The position numbers and the translations under genes are program-made. DNA of 64,000 bases from an uncultured Gammaproteobacteria bacterium (GTDB taxonomy: Bacteria > Patescibacteriota > Microgenomatia > UBA1406 > GWC2-37-13): contig CAZUKL010000003.1 in assembly GCA_964620925.1 (NCBI GenBank), positions 4,230-68,229 of the forward strand, read 5' to 3'. This document shows, in pieces, positions 1 to 7,506 of the stretch (positions are counted from its first letter, which is position 1; the number at the start of each line of letters is the position of its first letter). Below the pieces are notes generated by a model. It ran no database searches, was not told the DNA's origin, and saw only the letters and a program-made list of their open reading frames with translations.

Positions 1-57
1 GAGCTGATCATCATCCCCACTCCAAGTGTCAGTCCATCTCCCATTCAGCCCCGCTGA
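1..57 (+). CDS. 3' end of an upstream gene cut by the window edge (ELIIIPTPSVSPSPIQPR*)
   Basis: Frame 1 is open from nt 1 to TGA at 55-57. The tail is Pro/Ser/Thr-rich but too short to identify. Confidence 0.2.
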   Translation, partial: ELIIIPTPSVSPSPIQPR

Positions 58-148
58 CCGCCCACTCCATGATATACTATCAAGCGCAATCAAAAGACTT
101 AGGATAGTAACTGACGACTGATGACTGATTTGGACTGATGACTGACTT

Positions 149-218
149 TGCGGGGTAGTGTACGGTCGCACAGGAGGCTCATAATCTCCTAGACTTGGTT
201 CAATTCCAAGCTCCGCAA
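149..218 (+). tRNA. tRNA-Met (anticodon CAT); could instead be tRNA-Ile2
   Basis: Hand-folded cloverleaf. Acceptor 149-155/211-217 (U1-A72), U8, D stem GTGT/GCAC. Anticodon stem GGAGG/TCTCC with loop CTCATAA (CAT at 180-182). T arm CTTGG-TTCAATT-CCAAG, discriminator A218, no encoded CCA. Confidence 0.75.
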
Positions 219-275
219 CAGAATATATAGCTGGGATCCTTGTACGTGTTTCCCCTTTACTGTACACTACACTCC

Positions 276-1226
276 ATGTCTCCTTTTACTCTTTCGGTCG
301 TGATTCCCGTATTCAATGAGCAAGACAACGTCAATGTTCTCCTCGCACGCCTGTTGCCCATCATCGCCAACTACAACTACGAAGTGATTTTTGTAGATGA
401 TGGTTCCACAGATCAGACTGTCCATGCAATCGGAGTGCACGCTACGCACAACTCACGCATCAAACTCGTAGCGCTCACGCGCAACTTTGGTCATCAGCTC
501 GCCCTCTCTGCAGGCTATCACTATGCGACAGGTGATGCGGTAGTCTCAATTGATGCAGATCTCCAAGACCCCCCTGAGATCATCGCAAAACTGGTCAAAA
601 AATGGCACGAGGGATACAAGATCGTCTATGCAAAAAGGCGTACACGCACCAAGGATAGCTTCTTTAAAAAATACACCGCACAACTCTTCTATTGGACAAT
701 CAACCGATTGTCTGAGGTAGAGATACCCACCGATGTGGGAGACTATCGCTTGCTCGATCGAGTGGTGGTGGACTATCTGAAGGCGCTCCCCGAATCATCC
801 CGCTTCCTCCGGGGACTCGTCGCCTGGAGCGGGTATGAAACTGCGGTAGTTGAATTTGATCGTCAAGAACGTCATGCGGGAGTCACCCACTATCCACTGC
901 GAAAGATGATCAGCTTTGCCACGACTGGTATCACGGCGTTTTCGGTAAAACCTTTGCGCTTGGTCACCTACCTCGGATTCGTCACTGCGTTTTTGGGTTT
1001 TGCAGGGATGGCCTATGCTCTCGTGCGGAGATTTATCCTCCCTCATGAGTATTGGGTTACGGGATGGACTGCCCTCTTTGTGTCAATCATGTTCTTCTCA
1101 GGCATACAGATACTCATCCTGGGGATGATTGGTGAGTATATCGGGAGGATCTTTGGACAGGTCCAGGGTCGCCCGCTCTTTCTCATCAAAAAAACTAAAA
1201 ATATTGCAAATCCTCCACGCACATGA
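276..1226 (+). CDS. Family 2 glycosyltransferase, polyprenol-phosphate sugar transferase type (ArnC/GtrB/DPM1-like) with C-terminal TM helices
   Basis: LSVVIPVFNE, VDDGSTDQT and DADLQDPPE motifs plus two C-terminal hydrophobic helices. ATG at 276 is preferred over the TTG at 240. Confidence 0.85.
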   Translation: MSPFTLSVVIPVFNEQDNVNVLLARLLPIIANYNYEVIFVDDGSTDQTVHAIGVHATHNSRIKLVALTRNFGHQLALSAGYHYATGDAVVSIDADLQDPPEIIAKLVKKWHEGYKIVYAKRRTRTKDSFFKKYTAQLFYWTINRLSEVEIPTDVGDYRLLDRVVVDYLKALPESSRFLRGLVAWSGYETAVVEFDRQERHAGVTHYPLRKMISFATTGITAFSVKPLRLVTYLGFVTAFLGFAGMAYALVRRFILPHEYWVTGWTALFVSIMFFSGIQILILGMIGEYIGRIFGQVQGRPLFLIKKTKNIANPPRT

Positions 1227-1384
1227 AGCGATTCTTTAGTTGGTTTGGCATCGCGTTGATCGCCATCGGTACCGCTGCTTTTGTGTGGATCGTCCTCGCC
1301 TCGTGGATGCAACCTAAGCCCTTTCTGAGTCCCATCCCGCAAGAAAATCCACTACAAATCATCTATCCTACGGGGACGAGATAG
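1223..1384 (+). CDS. Small (53 aa) single-TM membrane protein, translationally coupled to the GT2 gene
   Basis: ATGA start/stop overlap with the GT2 gene. MKRFFSWFGIALIAIGTAAFVWIVLASW is a clear TM helix. Absent from the ORF track because it is under 60 aa. Confidence 0.4.
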   Translation: MKRFFSWFGIALIAIGTAAFVWIVLASWMQPKPFLSPIPQENPLQIIYPTGTR

Positions 1385-1512
1385 ATCAGAAAGCTCCAAA
1401 TCTCTCACTACACATAGACTGCCAATATGATATGTCATCCTGAACTTGCCTGCCCGCCGAAGAGGAGGGTTTCAGGATCTTTCAGGGAGCAGTTCTGATC
1501 CATATGTATTTG

Positions 1513-1670
1513 CTCACCTTGCGCATGCTACATGTGTCATTGCGAGGAGGAGCCTTTTAGCGACGACGTGGCAATCCCATGCATCAGGAGATTGCCACGT
1601 CGTCCCGACATAGTGGGACTCCTCGCAATGACATACAATGAGCCATGATGCGATATGTGCGTAAGGTGAG
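1513..1670. repeat. MITE-like nested palindromic element, family A, copy 1
   Basis: Terminal inverted repeats CTCACCTTGCGCAT / ATGTGCGTAAGGTGAG. Nested stems TGTCATTGCGAGGAG...CTCCTCGCAATGACA and GACGACGTGGCAATC...GATTGCCACGTCGTC. Homologous to 5043-5197. Confidence 0.8.
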
Positions 1671-1703
1671 TTAGTTGTCAACTGTCCATTCTCAATTCCT
1701 TTT

Positions 1704-2165
1704 TTACGGTGTCAAACCAGTATTGGGTCCTGGGATCTTTAGATCAAATATCTTTCCTTGTCCACCGAGGAAGGCTTCATCGATGATAAAGAGTACGAGA
1801 TAGCTGACCGCAAAGAGACCAATGCCAATCAATGCATACTTGATGGTGTTTATGCCACCAGTGATTTTTTCTGTGTCGCCCATCGCGCTAATAAATTGAA
1901 ATGCACCATAGCCCAACATGACAAAAAGCGCAAGGAGTACGAATCCAGACGACATAATGAGGAGGTTGTTATAGACCACCTCCAGACACTGGAGCGTCGG
2001 GACGCCATCGACAGTGCAGGACTTTGTTGTGTCGACCTTACCATCTTTATCTAAAACCTCCCAATCCCGTATCTCTGGTTTCGCTGCATAAGAAACAGGC
2101 ACGCATCCTTGTGCAAATGTAAGTAGAAGTGAAAGGGAGAACAGGATGATGAATAGTTTTTTCAT
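1704..2165 (-). CDS. Secreted/membrane T4SS-pilin-like (TrbC/VirB2-like, CPR type) protein
   Basis: N-terminal signal peptide. C-terminal two-helix module LLALFVMLGYGAFQFISAMGDTEKITGGINTIKYALIGIGLF resembles the Pfam T4SS_pilin pattern (recalled, not searched). Confidence 0.55.
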   Translation of the reverse strand: MKKLFIILFSLSLLLTFAQGCVPVSYAAKPEIRDWEVLDKDGKVDTTKSCTVDGVPTLQCLEVVYNNLLIMSSGFVLLALFVMLGYGAFQFISAMGDTEKITGGINTIKYALIGIGLFAVSYLVLFIIDEAFLGGQGKIFDLKIPGPNTGLTP

Positions 2166-2179
2166 AGTTACATAGAGAA

Positions 2180-2476
2180 CTAATTGATCCCAAACTGTGC
2201 CAGTGCATCAGCCCCCCAGGTACAGGTGAGACCGAGACAAATTGGCTTTGAGGGGATTGCTTGCTCGATCAACACGATTGCGCTCACCACTCCAATATAT
2301 ACTGCCAATACTACCGTGGCCTTTTGGAGTTTTTTCTGGACCAAGATGATGCGATCGGGATCTCTGATAAACGTCACCCACTCAAGTGCGCGTAGCACTT
2401 GAAACAGGAGGCAGGAAAGACCGACGATGGCAAATATGCTTCTGATAGTAAAGCTGAGTACGAGTGTGGATCCCAT
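2180..2476 (-). CDS. Small T4SS-pilin-like membrane protein paralog
   Basis: Two TM helices around a charged loop. The C-terminal tail IEQAIPSKPICLGLTC is shared with the 2846-3469 product. Start taken at an internal ATG. Confidence 0.45.
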   Translation of the reverse strand: MGSTLVLSFTIRSIFAIVGLSCLLFQVLRALEWVTFIRDPDRIILVQKKLQKATVVLAVYIGVVSAIVLIEQAIPSKPICLGLTCTWGADALAQFGIN

Positions 2477-2543
2477 GTAGCTCTCACTATAACAAACGAG
2501 AGGATCTAAATGCAAGATTCTGAAGAGAGACATCCAAGGATGA

Positions 2544-2759
2544 CTAACCGATCACGCTCCAAACCAACATACACATCACCAAGAGTACCCCTGCTATAGC
2601 CCCATATTTGATTTTGGATCGTGCGTCAGCGATCAGCTCGGGCTTTCCCATCGATTTGAGCCACTCTATGATACCTAGCACGATATAAATCACACTTGCG
2701 GAGATAGAAACAAAGAAAAATAGGCGAAGTAAACTGTGTACAAGCATATTTGCCATCAT
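2544..2759 (-). CDS. Small T4SS-pilin-like membrane protein paralog (71 aa)
   Basis: LLRLFFFVSISASVIYIVLGIIEWLKSMGKPELIADARSKIKYGAIAGVLLV matches the same two-helix pilin-like module. Confidence 0.5.
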   Translation of the reverse strand: MMANMLVHSLLRLFFFVSISASVIYIVLGIIEWLKSMGKPELIADARSKIKYGAIAGVLLVMCMLVWSVIG

Positions 2760-2845
2760 AGCAAAAAGAACGATGGAAATGCAACGAAAGGAGAAAAAAC
2801 AAAGAGCCCCACCAGTTGGCGGAGCTCAGAGAATTTATTTCAAAT

Positions 2846-3469
2846 TCAGTTCGGAGTTACGAGACGTATGTCATCTAGCTTGATGGGACAGGATACTCCG
2901 AGGCATACCGTACCAGAGAATATAACTTGCTCGATGATGATAACGAGCGTGAGCACAGATACCATGACCACGAGGCCCAATATGGCTGCCATAATCTTTT
3001 TTTGAGCAGTGGTAATGTCTTCTTCCTTTCCGCCAGATCTGATCCAGTCAAACGCTCCTGATAAGAGATAGAACAATGCTAATATGCCAGAAACAAAGAA
3101 GAAGAGACGTACGAGACTAGTCATGAGTGCACCAAGAGTAGGTATCTGAAAAGGACCAGAGATTACTGCGTCGGTGATAGGGTTGCAGGCAGCATCTACT
3201 TTTGCTCCGCTCTTATCACACAAATCCTTTGGTCCGGTTGCACAATCAACATATGCTTGAACAGTTTTAGAACCATTGTAACATTGGATTTTCCAAACTC
3301 CCTCAGTTGGCAATTTATCCGCTGTTGACTTATCTGGAGCACATCTGCATACTGGTTTACCTAGCACTGGCTCAGCAGCAACTACTGGTTTTGCTGTGTA
3401 TCCTAGTCCAACAGCCAAAGTTAGTGCAATTGTCATTCCGCTGACTACAATATTTTTAGGTATGTCCAT
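2846..3469 (-). CDS. Secreted Cys-rich protein with C-terminal T4SS-pilin-like module
   Basis: Signal peptide and an 8-Cys N-domain. Then LVRLFFFVSGILALFYLLSGAFDWIRSGGKEEDITTAQKKIMAAILGLVVMV and the tail IEQVIFSGTVCLGVSC. Confidence 0.55.
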   Translation of the reverse strand: MDIPKNIVVSGMTIALTLAVGLGYTAKPVVAAEPVLGKPVCRCAPDKSTADKLPTEGVWKIQCYNGSKTVQAYVDCATGPKDLCDKSGAKVDAACNPITDAVISGPFQIPTLGALMTSLVRLFFFVSGILALFYLLSGAFDWIRSGGKEEDITTAQKKIMAAILGLVVMVSVLTLVIIIEQVIFSGTVCLGVSCPIKLDDIRLVTPN

Positions 3470-3498
3470 AAGATATATAAAAAAAAATTTATTACATT

Positions 3499-5013
3499 CT
3501 ACTCATCCTTTGGTCTATATTGCAAGGCCTCGGCGATGTGTATGTGACTAATAGTATCAGATCCCACAAGATCTGCAATAGTTTGTGCAACTTTGATGAT
3601 TTTGAAGTGTGATCGCGCAGATAGAGAGAGGTGCTCTGCGGCTTGCTTCAGGAGAGCAGATGCCTCCTTTTCGATCACACAAAGCTTGCGCACATCGATA
3701 CTGCTCATCTCCGCATTTGCATAGCGATGGACTGCGGCGAGGCGCTGCATCTGTCGTCCCCTGGCGCGCACCACGCGCTCCCTGATGTCCCGTGACGACT
3801 CTGCTTCATCGGTACCATGAAGTTTCTCATAGGCGACGGGAGGGATATCGATGTGCAGATCGATACGATCGAGTATGGGACCTGAGAGCTTTTTGCGATA
3901 TTTCAAAATCCCCGTCTGTGGACAGGAGCATTTTTTAGCTGGATGGCCGAGATAGCCACAGGGGCAGGGATTGCTCGCGGCCAGCAGGAGAAAGCGTGCG
4001 GGAAAGACTACGGTGCCTGCCGCGCGAGATATCGTCACGATTCCATCCTCCATAGGTTGTCTGAGTGCCTCAATCGTCCCTCGCTCGTATTCGGGAAACT
4101 CGTCAAGAAACAGTACCCCACGATGGGCAAGACTGATCTCACCCGGCGCGGGGTTTGACCCTCCCCCGATGAGACCGATACGACTGGTGGTATGATGCGG
4201 CGCGCGAAATGGGCGCTCCGCGACAATAGGCGCACCACTCAAGAGACCTGTCACGGAGTAAATTTGTGTCACTTCAAGCATTTCTGCTTTTGAAAGTGGG
4301 GGGAGGATCGAGGGAAATGCACGCGCAAGGAGCGTTTTGCCCGCACCAGGTACACCTCGCAAGTGGATATTATGTCCTCCTGCTGCGGCGATCTCGAGTG
4401 CACGTTTTGCCTGACCCTGACCACGCACATCTGCAAAATCAGTCGTGTAGTGAGGCTCGTACTGATCGATGATCGTCTGAGTCTGAGGGGTGATGGGTGT
4501 CTTGCCCACCAGGTGATCGATAAGCTGGCGGAGGTTTGCCACCGGATACACTGTCACTCCGTCCACAACTGCCGCCTCTGAGGCATTGTCTGTCGGGACA
4601 TAGAGATGAGTCTTGCCTGATTTGGATGCCATGAGTGCGAGAGACATGACACCGGTTACCCCTCTTACACTCCCTTCGAGAGAAAGCTCGCCGATGTAAA
4701 ATGCATGTGCGAGGTGCTCAAGTGGGAGAAGTTTTTGTGCGGCGAGGATACCAATCGCGATGGACAGGTCAAATCGACTGCCAGTTTTTGGCACATCGGC
4801 AGGAGCAAGGTTTACGGTGAGTCGGGAGTCAGGTACTTCAAATCCGGTGTTCGTGAGTGCAGTGCGAATGCGATCCTTGCTCTCGTTGATCTCTTTGCCA
4901 GGCAATCCAACTATGGTAAATGTCGGGAATCCTCGCTCCGCCACATCTACCTCGACCGTGATGAGAATACCCTCAAGTCCGAGGGTCGCACCCGAATAGG
5001 CAGTGGCTAGCAT
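3499..5013 (-). CDS. comM: YifB/ComM family Mg-chelatase-like AAA+ ATPase
   Basis: Full-length match to the family pattern. Lon-like N-domain, Walker A GVPGAGKT, LFLDEFPE, the zinc-ribbon-like CPCGY...CSC insert, and a C-terminal ChlI-type helical domain. Confidence 0.9.
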   Translation of the reverse strand: MLATAYSGATLGLEGILITVEVDVAERGFPTFTIVGLPGKEINESKDRIRTALTNTGFEVPDSRLTVNLAPADVPKTGSRFDLSIAIGILAAQKLLPLEHLAHAFYIGELSLEGSVRGVTGVMSLALMASKSGKTHLYVPTDNASEAAVVDGVTVYPVANLRQLIDHLVGKTPITPQTQTIIDQYEPHYTTDFADVRGQGQAKRALEIAAAGGHNIHLRGVPGAGKTLLARAFPSILPPLSKAEMLEVTQIYSVTGLLSGAPIVAERPFRAPHHTTSRIGLIGGGSNPAPGEISLAHRGVLFLDEFPEYERGTIEALRQPMEDGIVTISRAAGTVVFPARFLLLAASNPCPCGYLGHPAKKCSCPQTGILKYRKKLSGPILDRIDLHIDIPPVAYEKLHGTDEAESSRDIRERVVRARGRQMQRLAAVHRYANAEMSSIDVRKLCVIEKEASALLKQAAEHLSLSARSHFKIIKVAQTIADLVGSDTISHIHIAEALQYRPKDE

Positions 5014-5042
5014 CGTGTGTGTAATAATTAATTCACCTTACG

Positions 5043-5197
5043 CATACTGCATATGTCATTGCGAGGAGCTAGACTTGAGCGTTCACTAGGGAGCGACGTC
5101 GCAATCTCCCAATGCATGGGATTGCCACGTCGTCGCCTAAGGGCTCCTCCTCGCAATGACATACATCAAGGCATGATGCGACATGTGCGTAAGGTGA
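5043..5197. repeat. MITE-like nested palindromic element, family A, copy 2
   Basis: Same architecture and long stretches identical to 1513-1670 (TGTCATTGCGAGGAG...GATTGCCACGTCGTC...CTCGCAATGACATACA...CATGATGCGA.ATGTGCGTAAGGTGA). Confidence 0.8.
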
Positions 5198-5214
5198 ATA
5201 ATTAATAATACAAG

Positions 5215-7392
5215 CTACTGCATCCCTGCGGTGTCTGTGGCATCATAGAGATGTGGCTCCTGGTGGCGCTTTATATAAAATACCACCATCAGTATAGTGA
5301 CTACTACCAACATCACTAATAAGGCGAGGTACGTAAACAGTTGTGCTGATGTTGCGCTTGTTTGAGCACTTGCTACGGGCGTAACTGCTCCTCCTGCACC
5401 AGGTTGTGGCTTTACAGGATTAGTGATCGTCAACTCAGGCTTTGTCATTGCTGAATTGGTTGCTTTGAATGACTCTTGCACCAGAACTGCCTGGTTTGTG
5501 GAGAACATATCTACCTTCTTGCTTGAGGTGTAAATAGCATTTTCAGAGAGAAGTTGTGCAACTGACACTTCCCGCGGTTCGCTGCCACCAGGCGGTGTAT
5601 AAATCAAATGGTATCCCATACGTGGGAGAGCTGAAGGTGGGATACGATACTGCCCTTGTATATCGGACTTTGTCTCATATACCACGTCTTTCACAAACTC
5701 GTCATATACAGATACTAGTGTGCCGGGCAATACTTGTCCGGTGACTGATTTTGTGACTGCATCGATATAACGTGGGTGGGGATCGATCACGATCGTTGAG
5801 ATAGACGTTGCACTCACCGTCCGTAAACCTTTTATCTTGCGCGCCTGAGCTGCGGGATCTCCATAAAAATCAGGCTTGATAAAATCAATCTCGATGGGAC
5901 TGGCAGAGACGATGCTTGTTGCAGGTATTGTGATGCTCCATCCTCCTTTTTCATCCACTCGTCCTATGGCAACTACGGTCGACTCGATGCGCGCGCTGAT
6001 TTGGGTGTATGGGTGTGTGACAAGTCCAAATACATACATCCCTTCTGGGTTATCGATGACGGTGTATTGTGTGCGTTGGGCAACTGGACGATTCGTGTTT
6101 ACCCCAAGCTTCGTGGCATCAATAGGTATGTCCCTTCGTTGGATGAGCCCTGGTGGTTCATCTATCTGTTCTATGCCTACAAGCGTCTGAGGATAGAGCT
6201 CTGTGTAGAGATCCTTTGGACCACCTTCCACTGGTACCATAACCTTATATATCGCACCAACCTTCTTGCCGTACTTGATCCTGCTGATCTGTTCAGCAAC
6301 TGACATTAGTACGCTCGAAGGATCGCGTTGTACATAGGAACGAAGCGTTTCAGATTGTGGTGGTGTTCCAAACACATCAAGGGCATATGAACCTGGTTTT
6401 ACTACGAACGCAAAGGAACCTTGTGCATCAGTGCGTGTGATTGGGTTTAGGATGGGCTGACACTCACGAGAAAAATCATTTGTAAACACATTTCCGTTTG
6501 ACCGCATACACTCCTTTGGCGTCCAACGATCATTTCTTTCAAATAAGTGCACTGCGACGTCCGACAGTGGCTCGAGTGTGGATGCGTCAAAAACAAATCC
6601 ATACGGATCAAACTCAACTATATCGGGCTGGAGCGAACTTGGGCCCAAGTATATCTGGTCGGAGATCTTTAGTGAGGTGCTTTGTGTGGTTATTGCAGGC
6701 AGCTGATTTGATGTCTTGCTGGAAAAGCCAACCGCATAGTACCAGTGAGGAAGGCTGATATTTGGATCGGTGTCTGTAAACATTCGGAAAACATCTCCTG
6801 ATGTGATTTGCAACTGACCATTGTTTTGGAAGTTGTTCTGGAGAATATAGCCAGGGTCAGTCTTTCCTTCAAATTCTGGCTCTACTCCTGATTTACTAGC
6901 GAGGATCAGCGCAATCTCTGACTGTTTCGCTTTTTTGACAAAGAACCCGCCAGAACCGTCATGAAGCTCGAGGTCTAGTTTGTAGCGTATCGAGTCTAGT
7001 TTTTCCCAATTTTTGGCTACGAGCGAATCACAGTGTGCAGCTTTTGATTCGGGATTTGTATACTGGGACTGACACATGATTTTGTCCCACTCTTTCTTGC
7101 CAGTAGAACAAATGGTTCCCTTTTGATTATCACTGGAGACCCATTCTGGATTACGGATGAGACACTCAACGATAAAAATGCCCTTATCAAAATCCTTCGA
7201 ACTTATGGTTCCTTGGGGTACGAGGGTAACTTGGTGTGAGTTTGGCAGTAACCGCGCGGCGAGATTTACTAACAATTGAGGTCTTAATATCTCAGTACCG
7301 CCCCCTCCTGACTGTGCAAAGGCGGTGGAGAATGGCATCAGACAGACCACCAGAACAAGAAATAATTGAAGTGCCTTTTTTGATATGTGCAT
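5215..7392 (-). CDS. Large secreted surface protein with C-terminal membrane anchor (725 aa)
   Basis: N-terminal signal peptide (LMPFSTAFAQ). Beta-rich body with segments like carboxypeptidase-regulatory/Ig-like domains. C-terminal TM YLALLVMLVVVTILMVVFYI followed by basic residues. Confidence 0.6.
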   Translation of the reverse strand: MHISKKALQLFLVLVVCLMPFSTAFAQSGGGGTEILRPQLLVNLAARLLPNSHQVTLVPQGTISSKDFDKGIFIVECLIRNPEWVSSDNQKGTICSTGKKEWDKIMCQSQYTNPESKAAHCDSLVAKNWEKLDSIRYKLDLELHDGSGGFFVKKAKQSEIALILASKSGVEPEFEGKTDPGYILQNNFQNNGQLQITSGDVFRMFTDTDPNISLPHWYYAVGFSSKTSNQLPAITTQSTSLKISDQIYLGPSSLQPDIVEFDPYGFVFDASTLEPLSDVAVHLFERNDRWTPKECMRSNGNVFTNDFSRECQPILNPITRTDAQGSFAFVVKPGSYALDVFGTPPQSETLRSYVQRDPSSVLMSVAEQISRIKYGKKVGAIYKVMVPVEGGPKDLYTELYPQTLVGIEQIDEPPGLIQRRDIPIDATKLGVNTNRPVAQRTQYTVIDNPEGMYVFGLVTHPYTQISARIESTVVAIGRVDEKGGWSITIPATSIVSASPIEIDFIKPDFYGDPAAQARKIKGLRTVSATSISTIVIDPHPRYIDAVTKSVTGQVLPGTLVSVYDEFVKDVVYETKSDIQGQYRIPPSALPRMGYHLIYTPPGGSEPREVSVAQLLSENAIYTSSKKVDMFSTNQAVLVQESFKATNSAMTKPELTITNPVKPQPGAGGAVTPVASAQTSATSAQLFTYLALLVMLVVVTILMVVFYIKRHQEPHLYDATDTAGMQ

Positions 7393-7506
7393 TTAAAATA
7401 GGTGGTGTATACAACTCATAATAAAATACGTGAACTATACCCTATCAGACTAGCTAATTCTAGATCCCTTGTCAAGTGTGACTCTGTGCACTACTATGTG
7501 TGTATC

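Noticed and set aside
149-218. tRNA-Met as the initiator tRNA
   Set aside because: It has a paired U1-A72 end. It also lacks the three consecutive G:C pairs at the bottom of the anticodon stem that mark bacterial initiators. It is more likely an elongator Met or Ile2.
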